Of a DNA stretch of 64,000 nt, positions 9,184 to 18,853 are shown piece after piece. Under the pieces are notes generated by a model that did not search any database, was not told where the DNA came from, and saw only the letters and a program-made list of their open reading frames with translations. Origin of the DNA: Patescibacteria group bacterium (GTDB lineage Bacteria > Patescibacteriota > Minisyncoccia > Phycocordibacterales > UBA9973). Position 1 is the stretch's first letter. The number at the start of each line of letters is the position of its first letter. The stretch is taken from assembly GCA_040388095.1 (NCBI GenBank), contig JAZKCM010000001.1, forward strand, positions 125,820 to 189,819. The letters are read 5' to 3'. The position numbers and the translations under genes were made by a program.

Positions 9184-10296
9184 TTATTGATATTGAATAT
9201 AGATAGGTTTAGGACGAAGTTTCAATACTTCTTCTGGAGTTAGCATTCTACTTCCCTTTTCCCTAAAATCATTTTTATAAAATAATTTAAAGCCAGTAAA
9301 TTGCACAGGCTGTTTGTATATAACCTCTCTGTAAGTATTTAATTTTCTTGCTTGTATTCCCCAACCATCCATATCCATCACGATTTGTACTTCAGGTAAT
9401 GGTTTTATATTTTTATAATTCGTCACCATCGGCCCAGTAAAACGATGCACGACTAAGATCTTTGGCGTGAGATTATTTTCTTTGACGATTCGTGCTAAAA
9501 ATTCTGCTGCATAATTCACATCAACTGCATCAAAAGTACCTATCACGCTTCCTGGCTTCTTTCCTGTTTTCATTGAAAATTCTGGATCAATACCGAGATG
9601 CACTTCCGGCATCTTTAGATATTTCTCAAGTGGTGGAAGTTCTGAATGCAGATCACTCAGTGCAACCTGAATATCTAAAAAAACAAGTCCATTTACTTTC
9701 TTTGCCATTGCTAAGGCTTTGTCTATCTCTTTGTCAGGCATACGCAAACGGTATTTACCATCTGCTCCTGCACTTCCTTGAGCCGTCACAGCGATGTAAT
9801 GTATTGCTGGTATCGTCGGTGTATTCGGATCAGCTACTTGCCATTTTTTTGCTTCATTGGTGAGTTTCACCAACATTTCATCTTCTGGATATTCACCCAG
9901 AGCTCCCATTTTTTTAGAATAGAAATTACCATAATACGCAACAACTCTACTAAAAGGAAGTATTGCGCCAGCATTTGGATACACGGTCTTCACTGGCCAA
10001 AGGTTCGGCTTTACTTCTACGGTTTTTGCTGGGGCTTTATTTGGATCTACTACGACAGGCGTAGCAGGAGGAACGACGACGGGATTGTTTGCAAGCTGTT
10101 CTAATTTTGCATCATATAAAGCTTTGTCGAGTTGAGGAATTTTTTTTACAATATCATTTTCAAGTAAACCACTTGCTTGGTCGTATTTTATCGGAAAAAT
10201 ATTTCCAAAATAAAATACGACCACTATTACGATAGTAGTGAAAAGAAATATTGATACTAGCCTGACTTTACTGAATTGTTTAAAAAATTTATTCAT
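9184..10296 (-). CDS. Hypothetical membrane-anchored/secreted protein (370 aa)
   Basis: N-terminal anchor (LVSIFLFTTIVIVVVFYF) followed by a large soluble domain. Tightly coupled to the downstream ORF. Family not recognised. Confidence 0.6.
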   Translation of the reverse strand: MNKFFKQFSKVRLVSIFLFTTIVIVVVFYFGNIFPIKYDQASGLLENDIVKKIPQLDKALYDAKLEQLANNPVVVPPATPVVVDPNKAPAKTVEVKPNLWPVKTVYPNAGAILPFSRVVAYYGNFYSKKMGALGEYPEDEMLVKLTNEAKKWQVADPNTPTIPAIHYIAVTAQGSAGADGKYRLRMPDKEIDKALAMAKKVNGLVFLDIQVALSDLHSELPPLEKYLKMPEVHLGIDPEFSMKTGKKPGSVIGTFDAVDVNYAAEFLARIVKENNLTPKILVVHRFTGPMVTNYKNIKPLPEVQIVMDMDGWGIQARKLNTYREVIYKQPVQFTGFKLFYKNDFREKGSRMLTPEEVLKLRPKPIYIQYQ

Positions 10297-10340
10297 ATAT
10301 CTTAAGCATTATAACAGGTCACAGGAAGAATTGAAATTAT

Positions 10341-12083
10341 TTAATTCCTCTCACCCACTTGCTGACGCCACATTGCATTGTAGAGCCCTTTTTGATCAAG
10401 AAGTTCATTATGTGTTCCCTTTTCACTAACACTTCCTTTTTCCAATACATAGATACAGTCTGCATGCATTATAGTCGAGAGTCTATGTGCAATGAGAATC
10501 GTAATATGAGATTTGATTTCAGAAACATTCTTGATTGTCTTACCTATTTCTTCTTCGGTAAGAGAGTCGAGCGATGATGTTGCTTCATCAAAGACAAGAA
10601 TCTTTGGCTTGCGCAAAAGTGCACGAGCAATTGAGAGACGTTGTTTTTCTCCGCCAGAAACTTTCACTCCGCCTTCACCGATAACTGTATCTAAACCTTT
10701 ACCGCCACGCTCGAGCAGATTCTGACACTGTGCTTTGCCGAGTGCATCCAAACATTCTATATCAGTTGCATTTGGACTGACGAATAAAAGATTTTCGCGA
10801 ATAGTACCAGAGAAGAGCTGTGTATCCTGCGTGACGAATCCGATCTGCTTGCGCAATTCTTCTTTATTTATTTCATCATAGCGAACTCCATTGTAGAGAA
10901 TAGCCCCTTCTGTCGGCACATAGAGCCCGACGAGCAATTTCACCATTGAAGTTTTTCCTGATCCGGATGGACCAACAAAAGCAATGGTGTTCCCTCGTTT
11001 TATATTATATGAAATATTTGAGAGTGCCTGGGTCGTAGCTGATTGATACTGGAAAGAAAGATTTTTAAATTCGAGTTCTGTAACTTCACCGATCTCACGT
11101 GGATGTTCTGCGCTCGGTTCAGGAGGAGTCTCCATAAGCTTCTGATAGTTCGCAAGCGAAGCTTCAGTTTCACGATAGGCTGCGATAAATGGTGCGATTT
11201 GTTGGAGCGGAAAAAAGAGCCAGAAACTGTAAATGTTGAGAGAGAAGTATTGGCCGATAGTGATCGTACGGGTGTAGATAAGATACAAGAGAAAGAAAAC
11301 AAGTCCAGCGCGAATCGCATTGGTAATCGTACCTTGTACGAAATCAAGGCTACGGAGATAGCGAAGTTTTTTAAGCTCAAGTTTTAAAATTTTCTCTGTA
11401 GTTGTATTTAAGCGTTCCACTTCCTGCCCAGCAAGGCCAAGTGATTTTACAAGTTCAATGTTGCGAAGCGATTCAGTAGTGGAACCAGCGAGTGCTGTCG
11501 TTTCCGCTACGATTGTTTGCTGGATCTTCTTAATGCGTTTTGACATCAACACACTCACTATGCCAATGACAAAAATCATAGTAAAAAATACTATCGGAAT
11601 AAGCCAATAGATAGTACCCGAATAGATAGCAATAAAAACAAAAATGATAGAGGAAATAAAGATCGTGTTTACAATTTGAATCATCAGATTTTCCGTATCT
11701 TGACGAGCTTTTTGTAATTTACCAAGTGTTTCTCCTGAGCGTTCGTCTTCAAAGATACTGTATGGAAGCGAGAGCGAATGTCGTACTCCCTCTCGGTACA
11801 TATCTGCACCAGTATGCTTACTAATCGTATTCAAATAATAATCCTGAAAATTCTTGGCAACACGAGACACAAGTGCTGTGCCGATGAAAGCAAGGATGAG
11901 AAGCCCAACACCACGCAAAAAAGCCGACTCCGTGTAGTCAATAAAATGGCTCGCGTACTTGTCGATAAGCAATTGCGTGATATATGGCTCAAGCAGTGAG
12001 AAGAATTGATTAATGAGCGCCAATACGAGAACCAAAATACAAAGCTTCCAATATTTCTTAAGGTATATATATAATGTATTCAT
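10341..12083 (-). CDS. ABC transporter, fused permease/ATPase (MsbA-like exporter)
   Basis: Walker A GPSGSGKTS, signature VSGGEKQRLSIARAL, Walker B ILVFDEATSSLD, and an N-terminal 6-TM domain. Start set at ATG 12083 (MNTLYIYLKKYWKL). The ORF track extends to a TTG at 12110. Confidence 0.9.
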   Translation of the reverse strand: MNTLYIYLKKYWKLCILVLVLALINQFFSLLEPYITQLLIDKYASHFIDYTESAFLRGVGLLILAFIGTALVSRVAKNFQDYYLNTISKHTGADMYREGVRHSLSLPYSIFEDERSGETLGKLQKARQDTENLMIQIVNTIFISSIIFVFIAIYSGTIYWLIPIVFFTMIFVIGIVSVLMSKRIKKIQQTIVAETTALAGSTTESLRNIELVKSLGLAGQEVERLNTTTEKILKLELKKLRYLRSLDFVQGTITNAIRAGLVFFLLYLIYTRTITIGQYFSLNIYSFWLFFPLQQIAPFIAAYRETEASLANYQKLMETPPEPSAEHPREIGEVTELEFKNLSFQYQSATTQALSNISYNIKRGNTIAFVGPSGSGKTSMVKLLVGLYVPTEGAILYNGVRYDEINKEELRKQIGFVTQDTQLFSGTIRENLLFVSPNATDIECLDALGKAQCQNLLERGGKGLDTVIGEGGVKVSGGEKQRLSIARALLRKPKILVFDEATSSLDSLTEEEIGKTIKNVSEIKSHITILIAHRLSTIMHADCIYVLEKGSVSEKGTHNELLDQKGLYNAMWRQQVGERN

Positions 12084-12121
12084 AAGTGAACTACAGTATA
12101 GCATACTCAAAACGACAAATC

Positions 12122-12754
12122 TTAATCGCTATTAACTAGAAATTTAATACTTTTTACGATATTCTCCATATCTGTAACTATCATATTTTTGTCGAATTCT
12201 TTGATTCCTTGATCTGGAGAATAATTGCCGATGTTGGTGGAATGAATCGTATATTCGACAACATAACAATCTCCATCGACGATTCCTCTATAGCTCGTTG
12301 TTTCATAAAAATTCCCTGCTCCAGCATCACTTGATAAAATTTTTGTAAATGGATAACCGCCCACATTCACAGTGTAATTAGTAATTTCTTTCATAGGCAT
12401 ATCAGCAGTCGTACAAGATTTAATAGCATTTACATCAGCAGATCTGCCGACAGTAAGTTTTGCACCGCTAAAATTAGTACTTGGCATATATTCTCTTGGA
12501 ACTGAAACACTCGCTAAAATTATCCCTTTTTGTTTTGCATTTAATTTCCAATCTGATGTAGGTGTATTATCCTCTGCACGAGCTGTAAAAAATGAATTGT
12601 AATAAAAAGAAATTACTCCTTCATCATAGTAAGAAGTTTTTGTAGAATTTTCTAATGGGTTAGGAGTACTTTTACCGCCCTTATCTTTGTAAATAGAATA
12701 AAAACCAAACGCTAATAAAAGCACAATAACAACAATAGTTAATATTTTTTTCAT
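12122..12754 (-). CDS. Hypothetical secreted protein (210 aa)
   Basis: N-terminal signal/anchor MKKILTIVVIVLLLAFGF followed by a soluble beta-rich-looking domain. Confidence 0.6.
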   Translation of the reverse strand: MKKILTIVVIVLLLAFGFYSIYKDKGGKSTPNPLENSTKTSYYDEGVISFYYNSFFTARAEDNTPTSDWKLNAKQKGIILASVSVPREYMPSTNFSGAKLTVGRSADVNAIKSCTTADMPMKEITNYTVNVGGYPFTKILSSDAGAGNFYETTSYRGIVDGDCYVVEYTIHSTNIGNYSPDQGIKEFDKNMIVTDMENIVKSIKFLVNSD

Positions 12755-12792
12755 ACTACTATTATACCTTATATCAACAATAATAGATCTAG

Positions 12793-13083
12793 CTAGATCA
12801 AATAAAGCACAATTACAAAAATAGCTACAAAGCAGGCAAAAAAGCCGACAATCTTAAGAAAGAAAGCGAGCGCTTCTTGCTTACGATTTTCGAGGAATAA
12901 TTTTACTGGTTCAGAGAGAAATAAAAATCCCATAATTGCAGCCGATAATACAAACAAGCCGAGCATAATCATCGGAATGATAATAGTTTCCTTTTGTGGA
13001 AAGTGAGTCGTCGCATTTACACCGAGAACTATGAGGACAATATAAGCCACCGCGCCTAATGCAAAATAAATTGGTTTTTTCAT
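12793..13083 (-). CDS. Hypothetical small membrane protein (96 aa)
   Basis: Three hydrophobic helices span the ORF. Confidence 0.5.
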   Translation of the reverse strand: MKKPIYFALGAVAYIVLIVLGVNATTHFPQKETIIIPMIMLGLFVLSAAIMGFLFLSEPVKLFLENRKQEALAFFLKIVGFFACFVAIFVIVLYLI

Positions 13084-13159
13084 ATTTGTATTATAACAGA
13101 CAATCTTAGTTGAAAAAAGACTGTTTTTATTGTAAACTAGCTTTGTTATTGTTTTATAT

Positions 13160-13230
13160 TGGGAGATCGTCTAACGGTAGGACAGAGGCCTTTGAAGCCT
13201 TTAATTGGGGTTCGATTCCCTATCTCCCAG
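13160..13230 (+). tRNA. tRNA-Gln (anticodon UUG)
   Basis: Acceptor TGGGAGA/TCTCCCA (U1-A72 as in E. coli tRNA-Gln), D arm GTC-TAACGGTAG-GAC, anticodon arm GAGGC-CTTTGAA-GCCTT, T arm TGGGG-TTCGATT-CCCTA, discriminator G. Confidence 0.85.
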
Positions 13231-13251
13231 CAAGGAACTTCGTTTAAATTT

Positions 13252-13752
13252 ATGGAAAACAACAAACAAAAAGAAAAAAATTTTCATATTACAGATTTAA
13301 TTAAAAAAATAAACAAATTTTTATCTGAAGAAAAATCAGCCGATATTTTAATTATAAAAGCGCATTTATTGTGTGAATATTACGTAAATCAAATTTTGAT
13401 TTTAAGAGAAAAGTGTTCTCATAAAGAGGTCGAGTCTCTTACTTTCAAAGAAAAAATTACTAAAGCGCTTGATTTAAATGATACTGGGGAAAAATTAATA
13501 TTTGATTATATTAATAAATTAAACAAATTACGTAATAAAGTAGGACATGAACTGGAATATACTTTATCAGAATCAGATGTTGACTCACTGGGATATGTTC
13601 AAGGAAAAGAATATATACTAAATAAATTTGAACACGAAACTGATCTTGAACGACTAAGAAGTGTTCTTAATACAATTGTTATTAAAACTGCTCTGTTACT
13701 AATAAATAGTGTTGACCTGGAGAGAAAAAAAATAAAGCAAGAAACTGTTTAA
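13252..13752 (+). CDS. Small stand-alone HEPN-like protein (Rx4H motif)
   Basis: Start moved to ATG 13252, because the ORF-track start lies inside tRNA-Gln. All-helical-looking 166 aa protein with LRNKVGHE (R-N-x-x-x-H, the HEPN Rx4-6H signature, resembling the RNxxAH of Abi-type HEPN proteins). Confidence 0.55.
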   Translation: MENNKQKEKNFHITDLIKKINKFLSEEKSADILIIKAHLLCEYYVNQILILREKCSHKEVESLTFKEKITKALDLNDTGEKLIFDYINKLNKLRNKVGHELEYTLSESDVDSLGYVQGKEYILNKFEHETDLERLRSVLNTIVIKTALLLINSVDLERKKIKQETV

Positions 13753-13799
13753 AGTAAATAGTTTTAATCTAATGTCTTCTTTTAATACAAGAGAATTTT

Positions 13800-14831
13800 T
13801 TAACTAAGTATTTTTATCAATGCAAGCTCGAGCGGAAGTTCGGAGACAAAAGATTTGTCTATGTTTTGGTAAGCTTCGAGGAGTATTGAAAGCGAAGGTG
13901 AACGCATCATTCCCTCTTTATCTTTCTTTGAAAGTTCTTTAAGGAAAATAACGTCTTCAGGCGAAAGATCGGCAGACATTTCAGCTTCGAGTTTTGGTGC
14001 ATACTTAATGATGATAGCCATACGGAATTTCTGAATTATGAGTTTCATAAAGAGCTTCATATCGAGGTTTTCTTTCGCAGCATTACGCACAGTGCTGATG
14101 CCAGCTTCGAGGTCTTTCTCAGCAATAGCAGAAATAAAATCATTCACCAGCGTCGTCTTTGGCGCGCCAGTGATAGCCTCTATGTCTTCCCTTTTTATAT
14201 TTTTGCTTTCAGAAAAATTAAGCACTTTCTGAAGAGCTCCTAGCGTATCGCGATATGAACCGTCACCAAGTATTGAAATGAGTTCTGCAGAGCCAGCATC
14301 CATTTTAAATCCTTCTTTCTTTGCAGTATCGAGAATCATTTCTTTGAGGATCACATCAGTCGGCTTTTTGAAATTAAATACCTGACAACGAGAAACTATA
14401 GTGTCAGGCACTTTCTGAAGCTCCGTCGTCGCTAAAATAAATATCACGTGCGCTGGTGGTTCTTCGAGAGTTTTGAGAAGTGCTCCCCAAGCATCTTTCG
14501 AAAGCATATGGACTTCGTCGATAATGTAGACTTTGTATTTCGAATCAAAAGGAAGCACTCGTACACCGTCACGAAGTTCACGAATGTCGTCGATGCCTCT
14601 GTTGGAAGCAGCATCTATTTCGTATAAGTCATTGACCGAGATGCCGAGCTTGCTCGCAAATATCCTCGCCATACTTGTCTTGCCTGTACCTCGAGAACCG
14701 ACGAAAAGATATGCGTGAGAAATCTTCCCCGAGTCGATCGAACTCTCCAAGACTTTAGTAATATGGTCCTGCCCGAGTACTTCACCGAAATCTTTCGGCC
14801 TGTATTTGCGATAGAGTGCTAATTCTTGCAT
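13800..14831 (-). CDS. dnaX: DNA polymerase III gamma/tau subunit (short, 343 aa)
   Basis: Walker A GSRGTGKTS, Walker B YIIDEVHML, and the sensor region TLEEPP...ILATTE. Confidence 0.9.
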   Translation of the reverse strand: MQELALYRKYRPKDFGEVLGQDHITKVLESSIDSGKISHAYLFVGSRGTGKTSMARIFASKLGISVNDLYEIDAASNRGIDDIRELRDGVRVLPFDSKYKVYIIDEVHMLSKDAWGALLKTLEEPPAHVIFILATTELQKVPDTIVSRCQVFNFKKPTDVILKEMILDTAKKEGFKMDAGSAELISILGDGSYRDTLGALQKVLNFSESKNIKREDIEAITGAPKTTLVNDFISAIAEKDLEAGISTVRNAAKENLDMKLFMKLIIQKFRMAIIIKYAPKLEAEMSADLSPEDVIFLKELSKKDKEGMMRSPSLSILLEAYQNIDKSFVSELPLELALIKILS

Positions 14832-14843
14832 AGGACTACTATA

Positions 14844-15803
14844 TCAAATTTTCATTAAAAAATCATTTGTAATTTTTCCTACTTCCTCCGCATTTTCTGC
14901 TTCCATAAGCTTCATACGGAGTTCTTTTGCCCCGTCGAAACCGTTGCAATATGCTTTGTAATGTTTTTTCATAATTGCAAAATTTTTATGAGCTCCGAGT
15001 TTCTCTTCAAAAAGTTTTGTGTGCTCGCACATGACTTCCAGTTTTTCTCGTATTGAAATTTGTTTTTTATTTTCATCAAACAGCCACGGATTTCCAAATA
15101 TCGCACGCCCAAGCATCACTCCATCACAACCAGTTTCAAAAATTTTCTTTTTTCCATCTTCAACATTCAAAACATCACCGTTACCAATTATCAAAGTCTC
15201 AGGTGCGATCTTATCTCGAAGTGCGATGATTTGTGACATAAGTTCCCAATGCGCTGGCACGAGTGACATTTCTTTTCTTGTCCGCAAATGCACTGTCAGC
15301 ACAGCAACACCTTCTTTTAAAATTTCTGGTATCCAAGTTTCTATTTCATTTTTGTTATAACCAATACGAGTCTTCACTGATATAGGCAAATGTGGCGCGC
15401 CGGCTTTTGCTGCTTTAATAATTTCTCTCGCATGAGCTGGGTTTTTGATTGCAGACGCTCCTGCTCCTTGCTTTTCGATAGATTTATCAGGGCAACCCAT
15501 ATTGATATCAACACCATCAAAACCAAGCTCTGCGCAGAGTTTGGAAGCTTCACGAATATTGTCTACATTTGATCCAAAAATTTGGGCGACAATAGGATGT
15601 TCATTTTTTTCAAATTTCAAATCAATAAGAAGTTTTTCTCGAGCATCCGGATGTGCGAGCCCGTCAGCAGAAACAAATTCTGTCCAAAACACATCTGGCT
15701 TACCATACTTCGCAATAATCTGCCTAAAAACACAGTCCGTGACATCTGCCATAGGTGCTAATACAAATATTGGCTTATGTAATTTTAACCAAAAATTATT
15801 CAT
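14844..15803 (-). CDS. dus: tRNA-dihydrouridine synthase
   Basis: Contains LAPMADVTD, DINMGCP and VTVHLRTR motifs of the Dus family. Start set at MNNFWLKL (15803). Confidence 0.85.
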   Translation of the reverse strand: MNNFWLKLHKPIFVLAPMADVTDCVFRQIIAKYGKPDVFWTEFVSADGLAHPDAREKLLIDLKFEKNEHPIVAQIFGSNVDNIREASKLCAELGFDGVDINMGCPDKSIEKQGAGASAIKNPAHAREIIKAAKAGAPHLPISVKTRIGYNKNEIETWIPEILKEGVAVLTVHLRTRKEMSLVPAHWELMSQIIALRDKIAPETLIIGNGDVLNVEDGKKKIFETGCDGVMLGRAIFGNPWLFDENKKQISIREKLEVMCEHTKLFEEKLGAHKNFAIMKKHYKAYCNGFDGAKELRMKLMEAENAEEVGKITNDFLMKI

Positions 15804-16641
15804 TGAATTTATAATATATTTTATTTCCAAAACGCAGATCAATATACAAAAGTGAGTTCATATTATTTTTAAAAAGACTCTTGAAAGGTTCTGTAGAAAT
15901 AGTAGCTTGTAGATTTTGGGCGAGCTTATTACTATCAGCAATAGTATTGAAACGGATTTCTGCACCAGAAGGAAGGTACATATTCATATCGCCATTTTCT
16001 TGTTTCAAAAAAGAAACAACTTTCAAATCCATATGTTCTAGCAAATCTTTGAAATGAATAATATTTTCAAAAATATCTGGCATAAAATATGCTCCTATTT
16101 TTTCTTGATTTTCAATCTTACCATAGAACTTGAGATAAATACCATCGGAAAAATATGGGGCTTCATCAAAAATATATCCATCAGAATTTAAGAAATAACA
16201 TTTTTGGTCAATTGTGTTTTCTAGGCGCACATCACCACACCATAAATACTTACCTGCTCTTTCAACTAAAGATATTTCTAAAACTTTATTATCTTTCACA
16301 GTGAGTTTTACTTCTGTCAGGCGTTTAAATTTTTCTAATAAACCTTTTCTAATCTTTTTTTCTGGATAGATAAAAGAATTATTCTTTGGGAAAAGCCAAA
16401 GGTAACTTGGTTGTAATTCTTTTTGCACAAAAGCTTCAACATCTTTTATATCAATAACTTTATTACCTGAAACAACGACCTGGTCTATTCGTATTTTTTC
16501 AATACGAGAAATAAAGGTGCAAGCTATTACTAATGCAACAAATAAAAAGAAAATTATAAGTATTTTTCTTTTAAGTATTTTGCTTTTTTTATTTCTATAC
16601 TCCTCAAAACGAGGAGAATTTAAAATATGTTCTTTCCTCAT
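15796..16641 (-). CDS. FtsQ/DivIB-like cell-division protein (TM + POTRA-like)
   Basis: A basic N-terminus and a single TM are followed by a POTRA-like segment (IRIDQVVVSGNKVIDIKDVEAFV). Its start overlaps the serS stop by 1 nt. Confidence 0.45.
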   Translation of the reverse strand: MRKEHILNSPRFEEYRNKKSKILKRKILIIFFLFVALVIACTFISRIEKIRIDQVVVSGNKVIDIKDVEAFVQKELQPSYLWLFPKNNSFIYPEKKIRKGLLEKFKRLTEVKLTVKDNKVLEISLVERAGKYLWCGDVRLENTIDQKCYFLNSDGYIFDEAPYFSDGIYLKFYGKIENQEKIGAYFMPDIFENIIHFKDLLEHMDLKVVSFLKQENGDMNMYLPSGAEIRFNTIADSNKLAQNLQATISTEPFKSLFKNNMNSLLYIDLRFGNKIYYKFNE

Positions 16642-17909
16642 TATTTAGAGATGCGATCTTTCCCTCCCATATATTTACGCAATACTTCGGGAATAACAAT
16701 AGATCCATCTTCTTGTTGGTAGTTCTCCACGAGCGCTGCTGGAAGGCGTGATGTCGCGCAAGCAGTATTATTGAGTGAGTGAACAAATTGTAATTTTCCT
16801 TCATCGTCTCTATAACGAATATTGAGACGACGAGTCTGGAAATCGTGGAAATAACTTGATGAATGTGTTTCTCGATATTTATCTTGTGAAGGCATCCAGG
16901 CTTCGATATCGTATTTTTTTACTTGTCCGAGCCCAAGGTCTCCTCCGCAGTTTACGACGACATGATATGGGAGTTTCAAATCTTGCATCAATTTTTCTAC
17001 GTGAGCAGTTATTTCTTCATGCCATTTTACAGATTCTTCGTGTGAAGCTTCGGTAAGTATTACTTGTTCTATTTTGAAAAATTCATGTACACGGATGATT
17101 CCTTTGACATCTTTACCATGCTTGCCTGCTTCTGCACGGAAACACGGAGAAAAAGAAATAAATTTCTTTGGTAAATCTTTTTTATCTAAAACTTCATTCA
17201 TATAGTAGCCCATAGTTGCTACTTCAGCTGTACCAGCAAGATACTCATTCTCTCCAACTTTATACAAATCTTCTTCTGATTGTGGAAGCATTCCTGTACC
17301 AATCAATGATTCTTTGCGTACAAGAGAAGGCACGATCATCGGTGTATAGCCAGCCTCGATAAAATAATTTAAAAAATACTGCCAGAGTGCAAAGAAAAGT
17401 GTCGCTCCTTCATTTTTCATAAAGTATCCACGGAAACCTGAGACTTTCACTCCACGATCAAAATCAACCATATCTAAATTCTCCATAAGTTCGATATGGT
17501 TTTTTGGAGTAAAATTAAAAACTGGTTTCTCTCCCCATACACGAACTTCAACATTGTCTTCATCATCTTTGCCGTCAGGTACAGTCATATCTGGAACATT
17601 CGGCACATGGATCATCATCTTCTGCCAAGCTTCCATAATCTCTTTCAATTTTTCTTCTTTTCCTTTTATTTCGTCCTTGACGATGCGCATTTCTTCGATG
17701 AGTTGGATTTTCAAAGCTTGGTCTTGGTCGCGAGCGATGTCATTTGAAACTCTATTTACTTCAGTACGGAGTTCTTCCACTTCTTTGAGGAATTTCAAAC
17801 GCTCGTCATCAAGGGCGATGAGCTTTTCAATATCGATATCGACGTGCTTTTTGACAGCACCTGCCTGGACTATATCCTTATTTTCTCGTATGAATTTAAT
17901 ATCTAACAT
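16641..17909 (-). CDS. serS: Seryl-tRNA synthetase
   Basis: N-terminal coiled-coil arm plus class II motifs (FSPCFRAEAG, TACATSRLPAALVENYQ). Confidence 0.95.
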   Translation of the reverse strand: MLDIKFIRENKDIVQAGAVKKHVDIDIEKLIALDDERLKFLKEVEELRTEVNRVSNDIARDQDQALKIQLIEEMRIVKDEIKGKEEKLKEIMEAWQKMMIHVPNVPDMTVPDGKDDEDNVEVRVWGEKPVFNFTPKNHIELMENLDMVDFDRGVKVSGFRGYFMKNEGATLFFALWQYFLNYFIEAGYTPMIVPSLVRKESLIGTGMLPQSEEDLYKVGENEYLAGTAEVATMGYYMNEVLDKKDLPKKFISFSPCFRAEAGKHGKDVKGIIRVHEFFKIEQVILTEASHEESVKWHEEITAHVEKLMQDLKLPYHVVVNCGGDLGLGQVKKYDIEAWMPSQDKYRETHSSSYFHDFQTRRLNIRYRDDEGKLQFVHSLNNTACATSRLPAALVENYQQEDGSIVIPEVLRKYMGGKDRISK

Positions 17910-17947
17910 AATTTTTATTATATAAAAGTTTTGATATAATTACAAAT

Positions 17948-18814
17948 ATGAAGATAAGGAAACTTTTAGAAAAAGAATTCCCTCAAGCATTACTCGAAAT
18001 TCCCCAGCCACCGAAAGAACTTTGGATTTGTGGTGATTGGCCGGAAAAAGTAGAAGACCAAATATATTTATGCATCGTCGGTTCTCGGCGTTTTACTTCA
18101 TACGGAAAAGATATATGTGAAAAAATAATCGATGGACTCAAAGGCTATCCGATAATCATCGTCTCCGGTTTTGCTATGGGTATCGACACAATTGCACACA
18201 AACGTGCAATGAAAAATAATTTACAAACAATTGTATTCCCTGGTTCTGGTTTATCTAAAGAAGCGATGTACCCAAAAACAAATGTACGGATGATTGAAGA
18301 AATTATAGAAAATGGTGGATGTCTCGTTTCAGAATTCGAACCCGATTTCAAAGCGACGCATTGGAGCTTCCCTATGCGAAACAGACTTATGGCAGGGCTA
18401 TGTAAAGCAACATTGATAATAGAAGCAGAAGAAAAATCCGGCACACTCATCACTGCTCGGCTTGCGACTGAATACAATAGAGATGTCTTAGCTGTTCCGG
18501 GCTCAGTCTTTTCTCCGAGCTCAAAAGGAACGAATAAACTTCTCCGCCAAGGCGCAACGCCGATCACATGTGCAGAAGATGTTTTAGAAGCACTTGGATT
18601 TGATTTGCCTAATGATGAAGATAAACAAATGAAACTTTTTGAAGACTTGTCACCTGAAGAAAAAATAGTCGTCGATCTGCTCCGTGAACCGACAGAAAGA
18701 GATGATCTCATCCGTGCAATGAAAATGCCGATTCAAAATGCAAATTCAATACTTTCAGTGATGGAAATAAAAGGACTTATTAAAGAAGAATTAGGAGAGA
18801 TAAGATTAGCATAA
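17948..18814 (+). CDS. dprA: DNA processing protein DprA (Smf)
   Basis: Rossmann-like DprA core: IVGSRRFTSYG, SGFAMGIDTIAHKRA, SGTLITARLA. Shows the classic dprA-topA synteny. Confidence 0.9.
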   Translation: MKIRKLLEKEFPQALLEIPQPPKELWICGDWPEKVEDQIYLCIVGSRRFTSYGKDICEKIIDGLKGYPIIIVSGFAMGIDTIAHKRAMKNNLQTIVFPGSGLSKEAMYPKTNVRMIEEIIENGGCLVSEFEPDFKATHWSFPMRNRLMAGLCKATLIIEAEEKSGTLITARLATEYNRDVLAVPGSVFSPSSKGTNKLLRQGATPITCAEDVLEALGFDLPNDEDKQMKLFEDLSPEEKIVVDLLREPTERDDLIRAMKMPIQNANSILSVMEIKGLIKEELGEIRLA

Positions 18815-18853
18815 TTTGCTAAAAAGTTATTTGTCGTGTAATACTTGAAGCGT

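Noticed and set aside
13159-13251. ORF-track start of the 197 aa ORF
   Set aside because: The first 31 codons translate tRNA-Gln itself. The real start is ATG 13252.
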